Below, in pieces: positions 39,337 through 49,200 of a DNA stretch of 64,000 nt (positions within the stretch are counted from its first letter, which is position 1; every line of letters starts with the position of its first letter). Origin of the DNA: Octopus sinensis (taxonomy: Eukaryota); contig NC_042997.1 of assembly GCF_006345805.1 (NCBI RefSeq), forward strand, positions 194,990,001-195,054,000. Direction: 5' to 3'. A program made the translations under genes and the position numbers. The notes beneath the pieces were generated by a model. That model was not told where the DNA came from. It saw nothing but the letters and a program-made list of their open reading frames with translations, and did not search any database.

Positions 39337-39405
<69 letters not shown>

Positions 39406-40980
39406 ATCTGTGTTTGTCCCCCTGTTACCACTTGAGGACCGGTGTTGGTGTTGTTGTGACCCTGTAACTTAGCAGTTTGGCCAAAGAGACTGATAGAATA
39501 AGCACCAGGCTTAAAAAATAATTACTGCAGGCGATTCATTCAACTAAAAAGAAAATTCAAGGTGGTGCCCCAGCATAGCCACAGTCTAATGACTGAAACA
39601 AGTAAAAGATAAAAGATAATACAGGTAATAGACATAATAACAGGATTGTAACATAATCAATGCAGTCAATAGAATAGATTAACTGTGTGATTGAACAGTT
39701 GTAAGGATTGATAGCAGGATAAGCTGTGACTACTAATTCTATTTCTAAAGGTGACAACAGAATTTTGAAACTACTGAATTAAAAGATTTATAATTGTAGA
39801 CTTGTACATCATTTATGAAGGTAAAATATGAAATATCAGTGATCCCTGTGCTGGTGGCATGTAAAAAGCACCATCTGGACATGGCCGATGCCAGTGCCGC
39901 CTTGACTGGCTTCCGTGCCGGTGGCATGTAAAAAGCACCAACCGATCGTGGTCGTTGCCAGCCTCCCCTGGCACGTAAAAAGCACCCACTACACTCACGG
40001 AGTGGTTGGCGTTAGGAAGGGCATCCAGCTGTAGAAACTCTGCCAGATCAGACTGGAGCCTGGTGTAGCGTCCTGGCTTCCCAGACCCCGGTCGCACCAT
40101 CCAACCCATGCTAGCATGGAAAACGGACGCTAAACGATGATGATGAAAATCGCAGTAAATAAAACTGGTCACCCTTTTAGTCATTGGTTGATGGTATTGC
40201 AGAGACAGTAACTTAACCCCCTCTGCTGTTCCTGGACTGTTTTCAGAAATAAGTGCCTAACCCCAAATACACTTGCCCCTCTTCCATTCATGGATACGCC
40301 ATGAAGGAAAGACAAAGTCAATACACTCACAACTTCAATGGTGTTGCAAGGGATGCCAGATATTGGTTAAATATATATATTTTAATTCCCACAAGGGGCT
40401 ACACATAGAGGGGACAAACAAGGACAGACAGACGGATTAAGTCGATTACATCGACCCCAGTGCAAAACTGGTACTTTATTTATCGACCCCGAAAGGATGA
40501 AAGGCAAAGTCGACCTCAGCGGAATTTGAACTCAGAACGTAACGACAGACGAAATATCGCTAAGCATTTCGCCCAGCGTGCTAACATGTCTGTCAGTTCA
40601 CCACCTTTAGCCTATTGGTTAAATATAATGCCCACCCATGACAACATGGTAGGTGGATGTTAAATGATGATGATTTACCTTAGGGACCCTACCACTGGAT
40701 TTTCTGTAGCATTTCCTAAATGTTTGCTAAATTATCCCATAAGACAGTACAGGTAAACAAAAATCCATAAAGTGAAATTAAACAACAATGAATGTTTGGT
40801 AACCAATTTCAAAACTTACCCCTCATAGTTTGGTGATGGTGCCTTTGGATGAAGAATGATGCCTTTGTTATGATCCCAGTTGCCTAGTTCTTCAATACTT
40901 CCTGTTAAGCATACATGTTCGTCAGGTTGAGTTGTTAAACTCACCTCAAAGGTGAAATGGCGAGTTGTTTTGCAGCTCAT
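310..40980 (-). CDS. GPCPD1: Glycerophosphocholine phosphodiesterase GPCPD1/GDE5 (CBM20 + GDPD), 15 coding exons visible, 3' end beyond the left edge
   Basis: The spliced exons give 546 uninterrupted codons with matching phases. Motifs: CBM20 LTGSIEELGNWD, MRWE, SGWLTVQT; GDPD HIGHRGMG, ENTIASF, GADFVEMDVHLTKDHVPVIYHD, PFPTLE, GFNVEIKYP, IIFSTF, KQNKYPVLFLTQG. Confidence 0.95.
480..1025 (-). mobile_element. CR1-like LINE 3' fragment interrupted by a SINE
   Basis: TCGHAYKIKEQHSTHDFWKHF...VVSCRDTTSFKTSI resembles a CR1 ORF2 C-terminus; related to 13500-13850. Confidence 0.7.
640..868 (+). mobile_element. tRNA-derived SINE family A, monomer with target-site duplication
   Basis: A-box-like ggcgagctggcagaa; B-box gagttcaaattcc; body gtcgactttgcctttcatcctttcggggtcgataaa; direct repeat aggtatactgttggtgaatgt at 616-636 and 869-889. 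Confidence 0.9.
1810..2215 (+). mobile_element. tRNA-derived SINE family B (CORE-like, internal TA/TG microsatellite)
   Basis: Head gtggctgtgtggtaag...gggttcagtccc; CORE-like ccttgggcaagtg; gtaaaaga tail. Other copies near 10020-10380(-), 12320-12670, 28501-28895, 32735-33170, 37230-37890(-), 39215-39620, 53670-54050. Confidence 0.85.
2408..2792 (-). mobile_element. SINE family A head-to-tail dimer
   Basis: One 5' head followed by two body units with different tails; similar multi-unit copies at 10972-11366, 22650-23065, 38080-38465(+), 41786-42117, 63417-63845. Confidence 0.85.
3673..3803 (-). CDS. GPCPD1: GPCPD1 coding exon 14
   Basis: ttttag| DGTMESEDIFDANFFLDIILAKIFKHSGKRKIIFSTFEPDLCC AT|gtaagt; 131 nt. 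Confidence 0.95.
3840..4211. repeat. Nested inverted repeats (foldback)
   Basis: Outer arms 3840-3882 / 4169-4211 (43 bp, 1 mismatch); inner arms 4002-4060 / 4098-4159. Confidence 0.85.
4350..4387 (+). ncRNA. Minimal hammerhead-like fold (A6U core) in a Penelope-like repeat (about 4290-4485)
   Basis: UCUUU-CUGUCGA-A-GAGC[guag]GCUC-GAAA-CG-UA-AAAGA. Confidence 0.5.
5023..5144 (-). CDS. GPCPD1: GPCPD1 coding exon 13
   Basis: tttgtag| (M)PITETDGNPDQPFPTLEKCLEEVPEEIGFNVEIKYPLECI |gtaagt; 122 nt. Confidence 0.95.
5410..5629. mobile_element. piggyBac-like MITE family 1
   Basis: TTAA|CCCTTTCGTTAC...GTAATGAAAGGG|TTAA; copies at 32346-32565, 41349-41569 and 41590-41786 (truncated). Confidence 0.85.
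5650..6090 (-). mobile_element. Family C repeat: probable 5'-truncated RTE LINE 3'UTR ending in (GAT)n
   Basis: Common 3' end ...ggaagggcatccagctgtagaa...ggacgttaaacgatgatg and internal ~60-bp tandem units; copies at 8040-8425, 14013-14397, 23708-23895, 34910-35190, 39830-40145, 42317-42580, 43245-43780, 46335-46675, 50408-50830. Confidence 0.8.
6163..6553 (-). mobile_element. Non-autonomous Helitron inserted into a piggyBac-like MITE
   Basis: A|TC...subterminal hairpin cccgagcaatgccggg...CTAG|T, no TSD; both flanks rejoin into MITE family 2 sequence. Confidence 0.85.
7009..7737. repeat. (CA)n-derived compound minisatellite (units such as cacacactcactcgctca)
   Basis: Visible tandem array; produces the spurious His/Thr-rich ORF 6963-7850. 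Confidence 0.95.
7787..7820 (-). CDS. GPCPD1: GPCPD1 coding exon 12 (34-nt mini-exon)
   Basis: cttttcag| LFYRLKEPDYW A|gtaagt; supplies the phase 0 to 1 change needed between exons 11 and 13. Confidence 0.85.
8749..8829 (-). CDS. GPCPD1: GPCPD1 coding exon 11
   Basis: ttccag| KEPMTLFDNHTKMLIKNLTLKQLQSLK |gtgagt; 81 nt. Confidence 0.92.
9115..9626 (-). mobile_element. Non-autonomous Helitron, same family as 6163-6553
   Basis: Same CTAG terminus and hairpin (ctagcagtatcgcccggcgttgctcggg on +); shared 5' part, different interior. Confidence 0.85.
11507..11599 (-). CDS. GPCPD1: GPCPD1 coding exon 10 (ExD...HD metal/catalytic motif)
   Basis: ctag| GADFVEMDVHLTKDHVPVIYHDFYIDIAMEQ |gtaag; 93 nt. 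Confidence 0.96.
11800..12066. repeat. (CA)/(TA) compound microsatellite
   Basis: Visible array. Confidence 0.95.
12161..12260 (-). ncRNA. Minimal type-I hammerhead ribozyme fold, canonical core
   Basis: UGCA-CUGACGA-GAAUGGUAA[55-nt loop]UUACCAUUU-GAAA-CAAUUG-UA-UGCA. Confidence 0.7.
12746..12797 (-). CDS. GPCPD1: GPCPD1 coding exon 9 (ENT motif)
   Basis: ttctag| (P)NPVMENTIASFCAAGHY |gtaagt; 52 nt. Confidence 0.95.
12910..12957 (-). ncRNA. Minimal hammerhead-like fold with G3-C8 swapped core
   Basis: UUGUCA-GUGAACA-G-GUCGC[ggauuuua]GCGAC-GAAA-AUAU-UU-UGACAA; inside a 172-bp insertion (12828-12999) flanked by the direct repeat ttgagacattaaa. Confidence 0.6.
13500..13850 (-). mobile_element. 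CR1-like LINE 3' end with (ATT)n tail
   Basis: CGHVYKVRKQHSSHDFRKHFFPLRVAEAWNKLPASVVSCRSTASFKTSM resembles a CR1 ORF2 C-terminus. Confidence 0.8.
14508..14640 (-). CDS. GPCPD1: GPCPD1 coding exon 8 (GHRG catalytic motif)
   Basis: tttttcag| (V)KYCITKPLQGHHCSLDFSYQKQLQHQKDPLHIGHRGMGSSFTL |gtaagt; 133 nt. Confidence 0.95.
14715..15100 (+). mobile_element. tRNA-derived SINE family D
   Basis: ggaggcgcaatggcccaatggttag...gggttcgattccc (A and B boxes); relatives at 19730-19963(-) and 27104-27406(-), the latter with a ~14-bp TSD ctttct(g/t)gtttcct. Confidence 0.85.
16462..16680. mobile_element. piggyBac-like MITE family 2
   Basis: TTAA|CCCTTTAG...CTAAAGGG|TTAA; older copies near 3270-3540, 6100-6636, 13880-14012, 43214-43966. 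Confidence 0.8.
16822..17234. mobile_element. MITE with GGATC termini and 8-bp TSD (Merlin-like)
   Basis: TIR ggatcttttcggtttga.cggcagttttt / aaaaactgctgttcaaaccaaaaagatcc; TSD catttggg / catttgag. Confidence 0.8.
17369..17543 (-). CDS. GPCPD1: GPCPD1 coding exon 7
   Basis: ttgaag| GFRLDFYGCHTSVENNPLTNGPTHIGYSYILPSILKDSLGTATTYISTLDQKIAGEIK G|gtgagt; 175 nt; AAG acceptor. Confidence 0.88.
18268..18305 (-). ncRNA. Second copy of the A6U hammerhead-like fold (repeat about 18180-18345)
   Basis: CCUUU-CUGUUGA-A-GAGU[auag]GCUC-GAAA-UG-UA-AAAGA. Confidence 0.45.
18638..18748 (-). CDS. GPCPD1: GPCPD1 coding exon 6
   Basis: catag| VLTEENYQSTKQSNFGCVYEPDSVLTFKSQVLDSSKI |gtaagt; 111 nt. Confidence 0.88.
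21320..21760 (-). mobile_element. Degenerate RTE-type RT fragment
   Basis: Residual similarity to the RTE RT C-terminal region; many stops. Confidence 0.45.
24660..25070 (+). mobile_element. RTE-clade LINE 5' end fragment
   Basis: gagctatgccgtc...cctggtagggccacccaaggcagattggtc resembles my recollection of the BovB/Expander 5'UTR block; GC-rich. Confidence 0.6.
25194..25256 (-). CDS. GPCPD1: GPCPD1 coding exon 5 (linker)
   Basis: ttttag| SQPEDSTLPQTNLLWSKDACY |gtaagt; 63 nt, phase 0-0; poorly conserved linker supported by splice sites and phase only. Confidence 0.7.
28457..29243. mobile_element. Second Merlin-like MITE, carrying a SINE B insertion (28501-28895)
   Basis: Same TIRs; perfect TSD gaaacttg at 28449-28456 and 29244-29251. 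Confidence 0.85.
30108..30708 (-). mobile_element. SINE family A tandem trimer
   Basis: One head plus three ~184-bp units; the two units at about 30108-30475 are nearly identical. Confidence 0.9.
31260..31940 (-). mobile_element. Cluster of SINE family A copies
   Basis: Three or more consecutive units; duplicated junction gcttgctgccttagatattct. Confidence 0.8.
33757..33890 (-). CDS. GPCPD1: GPCPD1 coding exon 4
   Basis: cttcag| (D)GTSCSNSGWLTVQTDLKLTILPQSIQLHQNDLKLTSVKCVPLEM |gtaatt; 134 nt. Confidence 0.9.
35724..35892. mobile_element. hAT-like MITE
   Basis: Termini gagggacggctc / gagctggccctg; 8-bp TSD ctgataca / ctgacaca. Confidence 0.7.
36047..36094 (-). CDS. GPCPD1: GPCPD1 coding exon 3
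   Basis: tttcag| (D)DSSQHVRFCDQFGII |gtaag; 48 nt, phase 1-1; QFG motif. Confidence 0.88.
36969..37132 (-). CDS. GPCPD1: GPCPD1 coding exon 2
   Basis: tttttcag|A YNVWSTELIITGKTTFSYSYYVCNIVSSPCNQNVDSFIVMRWEANLTQRTWHHS G|gttggt; 164 nt. Confidence 0.88.
40820..40980 (-). CDS. GPCPD1: GPCPD1 coding exon 1 (start codon; CBM20 N-part)
   Basis: MSCKTTRHFTFEVSLTTQPDEHVCLTGSIEELGNWDHNKGIILHPKAPSPNYE(G); donor GG|gtaag; 161 nt, ends phase 2. The exon probably extends as 5'UTR to an acceptor at 41088 (ttttgtattttag). Confidence 0.9.
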
Positions 40981-43900
40981 CTTGGTTCAGACTGTCAACT
41001 GTTCACTTGTAAATGAAAAGAAGTCAAGTAATTTAACCTCAGGTGAAAAGAAGTAGACAGGTATTTTACAATGTTAATTTTGAGGGAGCTAAAATACAAA
41101 ACTATAAAGATAAGAAAATAAAATGCCTTGTAAGATTAAACAGTCTTAGTTTTTTCAGCAGTAAGACAGATGCTACACATACGGCTACTTTCTAATCAGT
41201 GATTATCTGTTTTTGTTTTTGCTTATCAGTTATATTATCTATGTAAATAGGTTATATCGTTAGGAGAAAACAATCATTAAAATAATTATCAATACGATAA
41301 ACTATGTTCAGTTATGAAAAGACTATCTCCAGTCCCCAGGCCTATTAACCCTTTCGTTATCAACTTGGCTGAAACCAGCTCTGGCTCTGAGTACAAATGT
41401 CTTGTTTACATAAGTTTTGAATTAAAATTTTCCATCAAACCTTAGTCACAATTTATCTTCCTAACACAAGCTTAACGATGACTAAGTTATTTTACTAAAT
41501 TCTTTGTTATATTTAAAATTAATTGAAAGAAACACAGAACATCTCAATAGAAATATGGTAACAAAAGGGTTAACAAATGATTAATTTAACCCTTTTGATA
41601 CCAACCAAGCTGAAACTGGCTCTGGCTCTGAGTACAAATGTCTTGTTTTCATAAGTTTGGTATTAAAATCTTCCCCCAAACCTTAGTCACAATTTATGTT
41701 CCTAACACCAGCTTAATGATAACTAAGTTATTTTACTAAATTCTTTGTTATATTTAAAGTAATTGAAAGAAACACAGAGCATCTCAGTGCATAATTGCTA
41801 CTTATTTAATTGACCCCGAAAGGTTGAAAGGCAAAGTTGACCTTGGCAGAATTTGAACTCAGAACGTAGCAGCAGACGAAATACCTATTTCTTTACTACC
41901 CACAAGGGGCTAAACACAGAGAGGACAAACAAGGACAGACACACGGATTAAGTCGATTATATCGATCCCAGTGCATAACTGGTACTTATTTAATCGACCC
42001 CGAAAGGATGAAAGGCAAAGTCAACCTCGGCGGAATTTGAACTCAGAACGTAATGGCAGACGAAATACCGTTACGCATTTTGCCTGGCATGCTAACGTTT
42101 CTGCCAGCTCGCCACCTTCTTTCAGTTTCTGTCAACCAAATCAACTCACAGGGCTTTGGTCAGCTTGGGACTGAAACCAAATTGCCATTAGTATTGGTTT
42201 AGATGAAAAAAAATTGTTTTGTCAATTGATATTTGTTCAACTACATATCTGAATATACAGGGTGCAACAGAAAGGTTGCATCGATTTCAAAGCTTAATAA
42301 AATCCAACACATGAAGATCATCATCATCGTTTAATGTCCGTTTTCCGTGCTAGCACGGGTTGGATGGTTCGACCAGGGTCTGGAAAGCCAGGGGGCTGCA
42401 CCAGGCTCCAGTCTGATCTGGCAGTGTTTCTACAGCTGGATGCCCTTCCTAACGCCAACCACTCCGAGAGTGTAGTGGGTGCTTTTTACATGCCACCAGC
42501 ACAGGGGCCAGAGGAGGCTGGCAACGGCCACAATCGGTTGGTGCTTTTCACATGCCACCGGCACAGAAGCCAGTCAAGATGCATGAAAAGACTTTGTATT
42601 TCTATGAAGTTCATTAAATACCATTTTTGTTTTCTGTTTCAGTTACTACCCACCATGGCCTAGAGTAAAGAGCACCGTTTTCCCTTGTATCTTCATGTGT
42701 TTGTTTTTTTATTAACTTTGAAACGGGGGCAATTTTTCTGTAGTTCAGTCAGTATAATATAGGTTAATAGAACATTAGTTACTATATATAGCATAAGAAT
42801 TTTTAATTAGAAATACATGAATAGTGAGGGAAAGACATTAGACTAAATGACTAATGTTATTTTAATATAATTCCAATCAATAATGTGAGGTAGCTTCAAG
42901 AGTAAAACACCTGTATACATCCTTCTATGTTACTTTAGTTTCTCAACACCAGACATAAAGCCACCTACTGTGACATTATTCATTTGAGGGTGAGTAGCTT
43001 CTTTGCTTTGCAATTTAATTGGTGACCTTGCTGGTGCCAATGTCATGGGAAAAAAACCCAAAAAAAACCAGAACATCCTGTAAAGTGGTTGGCATTAATT
43101 AGGATGAGTATCCAGCCACTGAAACTATGCTAAAGCAGACGTTGCTGTTCAATGCAGAGTTCTACCTTGTTGGATCCTGTTGAACGATCTAACCCATACC
43201 AGGAAGACTTTAACCCTTCAACATTCAGATTATTCAGTTAAATCGATGACTGGCATCCATGCTAGCAGGGTGCAAAGAGCACCATACGAGCGAGATCATT
43301 GACAGAGCGGCTAACCGGCTTCTGTGCCAGTGGCACTTAAAAGGCACCATTCGAGTGTGATCGTTACCAGCGTCACCTTACTGGCACACTCAGGCCACGT
43401 GCTTGTAGGGTATTAAGAGCACCATCCGAGCGTGATCGTTGCCAGAGCGGCTATCTGGCCTCCGTGCCGGTTGCACATAAAAGACACCATTCGAGCGTGA
43501 TTGTTACCAGCATCGCCTTACTGGCACCTGTGCCGGTGGCATGTGTAATAAATTCGAGCGGGGTCGTTGCTAGTAGCGCCTGACTGGCCCTGTGCCGGTG
43601 GCACATAAAAGCACCCACTACACTCTCGGAGTGGTTGATGTTAGGAAGGACATCCAGCTGTAGAAACTCTGTCAGATCAAGATTGAAGCCTGGTGCAGCC
43701 ATCTGGTTCACCAGCCCTCAGTCATTCGTCCAACCCATGCTAGCATGGAAAGCGGACATTAAACAATGATGATGATGATGTATGCTTATTAATTAACATT
43801 GTTTTGAATTGATTACACATTATCTCGTAGCTTCAAGATCAATGACGTGATTGTTTATTTTTAAAATGACATTGTAGGGTAGGTGTGAGAGGACAGATCT

Positions 43901-44372
43901 CACCAGTTTGAAGATAAAAAAGATCAAATATTTTGGCCAGATATGGCTGGCTTAAATGTTAAAGGGCTAAATGATGATGATGATGATGAAAAATTCCAGA
44001 CATGTTTTGGTCTTATTGAATTTCCTTGCTAAAATAATATCATTAAACTCATGTTATCTTTCCCTTATCATGCAGTTGTTTTTAATTAGACTTTTCATGC
44101 TCATTAACTTAGCAATTGTTTTTCTTGCATGGCATCTCTGAGTAATTAACCATAGTAATTTATTTTCATAAAATGTATCTAAATGTGCGTTTACATTCCC
44201 CATAACTTAGCAGTTTGGCAAAAGAGACCAATAGAATAAGGACTAGGCTTAAGAAGCCCTGGGGTCGATTTGTTCGACTAAATCCCTTCAAGATAGTGCT
44301 CCAGCATGACCGCAGTCAAATGACTGAAACAAGTAAAAGAATAAAAGAATAGTTTTGCCTTTTTAATTATTA

Positions 44373-44736
44373 CTAGCACTATGACCCGGTGTTGCCGGGT
44401 CATAGTGCTAGTGCATGCATATACAGCTGCGTGTGTGCGCACATACATGCGAGTACTGTCCAAATCTCCGACCAATCACATACAGGTAGCTGGCATTCAA
44501 TTGGCGTATCAAGTTTCGGGCATTTTGATTGGGTTTTGGATAGAAAATTCACAAAAAAGTCACTTCTATTGGTTTTTCAATGGCTTTGCGGGGTGACTGG
44601 GGAAATGTAAAGATGTGCACGACCACCCTTGGACGGTTTTGAATGACCATAGAAAGTGCGAGCCCTCTAACTGAAAAATTGTGGATTTGTATAAAGGGCA
44701 TGGACACACACATTTTGCCGTTTATATATATAGAGA
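44373..44736 (-). mobile_element. Non-autonomous Helitron with an extended terminal palindrome
   Basis: A|TC start and CTAG|T end; 18-bp perfect stem at 44372-44412. Confidence 0.75.
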
Positions 44737-44952
44737 TTATTTTTATTTTGGCCAGGCACCAATCTGAGCCTTTTCAATGGTTTTTTTTTTTTTTAACTAA
44801 TTCTATCTTTTTTAGCTGAACTTCTTGTTCTTTAGACATGCTACAACCATTTTAAGGACAAATATAAGTTTTCTTTAAAAACTTCAGATATAATTTTTAT
44901 ATAACTAAAACAAAAAAAAAAAAACAGAGGAAAAAAAAAGCAAACTTCTTAC

Positions 44953-45127
44953 CTGGGTACACCTTTCTCTCTGGAGATATCGATTCATGCATAGCAGATA
45001 TGATGTGTAGAAAATGGAAGTATGTGTATGTACTATCAGGTTAATAATGTGTGAACATGGTTGTGGTAACAGCCTGGTGGATATATATATGGGGAATGTT
45101 CAACGTGTGGTCTCAATAGTTATTTAC
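44953..45127 (-). other. Putative non-coding 5'UTR exon of GPCPD1
   Basis: Unique sequence bounded by a strong acceptor (ttttcttttcacag) and a consensus donor (CAG|gtaag), upstream of the ATG exon, which has its own acceptor. Confidence 0.5.
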
Positions 45128-45233
45128 CTGTGAAAAGAAAATCTTGTTATTAAGACAATTTTGAAACTATTTTCAGTAAGTATAATAGTAATTTAATAGA
45201 TGTAAAAATATCTGTTGAGATGCAGCACAAATT

Positions 45234-45284
45234 TTTGTCAGTGAACAGGTTACGGTCTTAAAGCGACGAAAATATTTTGACAAA
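45234..45284 (+). ncRNA. Second copy of the G3-C8 hammerhead-like fold
   Basis: UUUGUCA-GUGAACA-G-GUUAC..GCGAC-GAAA-AUAU-UU-UGACAAA; insertion 45217-45423 flanked by the direct repeat aaaatatctgtt. Confidence 0.55.
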
Positions 45285-45479
45285 TTTAACTTAAATGTTG
45301 AAGTGAATCGAACGGCTTTTGTGTGTTTCTTGAATGGCTTACAAACACCTTCCACGCTGCAATTGTTTTCGTTTCAGCACACGATCTCAGATCAAATCAC
45401 TTGCTATGCAAGTACATCTCCATAAAATATCTGTTAAATGTGGGAAAAAAATACTTGGTAAATAACTGGTATGTTAAGG

Positions 45480-46020
45480 TCCTGTAACTAGGGATTACAC
45501 CTTCCTGAATAACCTGATTAACCATATGGGTGACTAGACTGTGTCCAACTCTACCAGATATCTTAAGTATCTAGTAGTGATTCCTGATGGACCAGGGGCC
45601 TTTCCTGTCCTCCTATCTTTAATTGCCTTATCTATCATACTGATGTCAACTAGGATAGCTGTTCCCTCTGTTGGGTTCACACGAGGAAGGCTCCCTTTCT
45701 CTCATTCATTCTCTGCATTTAATAACCTTTCATAGCAGTTCTTACACACCACTTTCTTTTCAGGATCACAAAGAGCAAGTGTACCATTATCTGTTCATAC
45801 ACACATCTCTCCCACATCTTGATTCTCTCTTACATACTGTCTGGAAATCTGCAACACCTCCAGTCTCTGATCTTCACACTGCAAGACAGTGGCAAACTTC
45901 TTCCTCTCTGCTTCTGCCCTAGCTACATATACCTGACACCTAGCATCTTTTTTAGCTATGTGATATTATTCTTTGCTATCCTCATCTTCCAGTCTTTCCA
46001 AGCCTGTCTCTTCCCAGATG
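45480..46020 (-). mobile_element. RTE LINE internal fragment (degenerate)
   Basis: Aligns by eye to 55190-55700. Confidence 0.75.
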
Positions 46021-47021
46021 ATAGAAAGGTTCTATTTTCTAGTCTACTTCTTGAAATTGTAGACTTACTAAGTTTACTTTAAGACTGTTGAATTTCAGAT
46101 TTTGCTTCCATGTCTAGAAGTTTGCCAAATCTTCAACAGCTTTTGCTATAAGATCTACATTAGCAGCACACAGAAGATTCCTTACACAGCTGATCTTAAA
46201 TTCCCCTATTATGACCTGGAGGACTATGAATAAGCAAAGGTTTGAGAACTATATTTTAGTAGATCCCCACTTGCATTTCAATTTATCACTGAACTCATTG
46301 CTAACTGCACCTCTGTATACAGGGCTTGTACAACCATCATCATCATCATCGTTTAATGTCCGTTTTCAATGCTAGCATGGGTTGGACGGTTCGACTGGGG
46401 TCTGGGAAGCCAGGAGGCTGCACCAGGCTCCAGTCTGATCTGGCAGTATTTCTACAGCTGGATGCCCTTCCTAACGCCAACCACTCTGTGAGTGTAGTGG
46501 GTGCTTTTTACGTGCCACCGGCACAGGTGCCAGAGGAGGCTGGCAAACGGCCTCAATCGGTTGGTGCTTTTACATGTTACCGACACAGATGCCAGTCAGG
46601 TGACGTTGGCAACTGCCATGTTTGGATGGTGCTTTTTAAATGTCACTGGCACAGGTATCTTAACTACAATTTCCCCTCACAAAATATTCATCTAGCCCTA
46701 GCATCCTGTATGACCACGATCAGAGGTGTACAGTACTATTCCACCACCATATCACCTCCAGACTGGTTGCTATCTTGCACCAGCTACAGATCTCGTGTCA
46801 GTAGCATTCAACAGGTTGTCTCAAAGAAACACCCAGTTATTTGGTCATGTGTCAACTAGAACTGTGGGTCTGCAAACCGCTAAGCTCTTTCTGCTTTCAT
46901 ATTTTCCTTTTCCAAACTGCTTTGTATCTCTGGGTCTCTATCGTTCTTCCCTGAAGTCGTTAACTACTCTCCTGTATAGAGTGCTATTCTTCACCAGGGA
47001 AAGATTTAGCATTCAGAACTA

Positions 47022-47545
47022 CCATAAATCCTCGAGTATAGTTCGCCCTTGCGTATAATACGCAGGGGATTTTTACGAGGCTGTACCACTGAAAAACCTA
47101 AACCTTGTGTATAATACGCACCCCTTCTCTAACTCGAATCGTGTGTAATTAAGCCAGCAGCACCTATTCAAACAAACACTTCTATATTGTGTAAAACAAT
47201 AATGGCGATGTTCTTAGCTGTTGTATGGGAATGTAAATATATTTGCAAATTGTTTTTGTTACATGTTATTCTGTGTTCTGAATACTTTTATTTTAATAAA
47301 TGTTGCTTACTGCAAGTTATGGATGATTCTTTTATGACTTCATTGCTTTCAGGCTTAGCTTAAGGTATTTTCGCGCCCAACCTCACAAAATGCGTCTGAA
47401 TAAACATTGCCAGACAGCAAATAGAGACTCAGACATTGCTTAGAAAATATTTCTCATTTTTAACCTCGTATATAGTACGCACTAAAGATTTTGACCTTTA
47501 AATTTTTTTGGGGGGGGGATGCGGATTATACTCGAGGATTTACGG
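47022..47545. mobile_element. Tc1/mariner (pogo/Tigger-like) MITE
   Basis: TA|CCATAAATCCTCGAGTATA...TATACTCGAGGATTTACGG|TA; subterminal cgtataatacgca repeats. Confidence 0.85.
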
Positions 47546-47824
47546 TATCTGTCTATCTTGTTTCCTGGTGAGTTACAAAGTCTAACTAGATTGTGTGTTC
47601 GTCTGTTTGACAGATAATTAGGTGGTTGGCTAATTTCCGGTAGTTAGTGTTATAAAAGGTCAGATCATTTGCATCACAGAATTCCAGGAGCCTTGTTCTT
47701 TCCTTATCACTTCATTCATTATACCATAAAGTTGTTAGTGTAACGGCAGAGGCGCCTTCCTAGTATTGTTCAACACATCCATACGTTCATTCAAGCCACA
47801 GCCATAATAATCGAGTTAAGGAAG

Positions 47825-47861
<37 letters not shown>

Positions 47862-47866
47862 CGTGC

Positions 47867-47919
<53 letters not shown>

Positions 47920-49200
47920 TGTGTGTGTGTGTGAACTGTAAAAATTTTACATGCCTATTTTTTCTGATGAAATATTTAATCCGTTTTGAGATTGAAAAGA
48001 CCCTTTGCTCTTATTGCCTAATTACCAACATATTCTCTTGCTTAACAGTTCATTTACTTTGACAGAAAATGTACTTTAGATTTGCACACAAACGTACACG
48101 TAACCTACATAAACTGGTAACCATACTACCACCATCAGTACAACAACCACCGCCACCACCACCACTATTACTACTATTGCTAGTGTGTAAACAACTTCGT
48201 CACTTTAACCTCTACTAATACCATCAACACAATTGCTCCAAACACCAATTGCTATTTCACCAGCTTATATCAAATGACCTATTAGTTATCTCCAGGTCAG
48301 CCAAAAATCCTGCAGACCTAAGGTCAAATATATTCTAGGCACGATTGACCATCCCCACTTTTTTTCTTTAAGGAATTATTGCATCTGAGTTTACTATTGT
48401 CCAATGTGTTCTATTCGTCGTTGAATTGACTGGTGATATATTTCTAGGAAACAGAGAAAATCTTGGTCAAACGGATCTTTATATTCTCGAGAACGACGTG
48501 ATTATGTAACTCTCTCTCTCTTTCCTAACTTAAGCCAAAAACTTAAACGACCAGAGACGAAAATAGACCGTTTTCCAGCCCCACCAGGCATACCATATTT
48601 AGGACATTATATAATGTAACCTTTTTTTAAAGAGAGAAACCCCGTAGTGTATGATATGAGGGCAAGATTCAGCTAGTATTTCTAGCTGAAGTAGATCGAC
48701 CTCAAAGTGATTTCCTTATTCCTCTCGTCACATGATTTTGTTTTGATAACAAGGTTATTTACCCTCCTTCAACATAAACAAGCATAAAATATCTGTTTTC
48801 CCATTAATGCGCGCGTGTGTGTGTGCGGGGAGAGGGGCTGTATACGTTTGTTTGTGTGCTTAGCAACAGTATTTACAAACAAAGCCTGCTTATTATTAAC
48901 CACTTACGCAGAAAATTATGTTACATCGCATTCTTTCAAGTACTCCCAAAGGTCCCAGGCATGTTGATAAGGATGGAATGTTCATCCCATTCTATATATA
49001 ACAAAATATCCTATCTGTCAGTGGACCATGATCATAGCCTCTGGATTAAATCTATAAAAGAATGTATATGTGTATACAGAATTGTAAAAATTACTGTAAC
49101 AATATGTTGGTCGGTAAAGTAGTTCAGTCTTAGGTCTAACCTGTTAGACCTGAGCTATAATCAATATGCTGGCAAATCAAAATAATGGCATTCCGTTTTA

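Noticed and set aside
48755-48900. Possible first exon or promoter (gcgcgcg; donor-like GG|gtaaat)
   Set aside because: The signals are too weak to support without transcript data.
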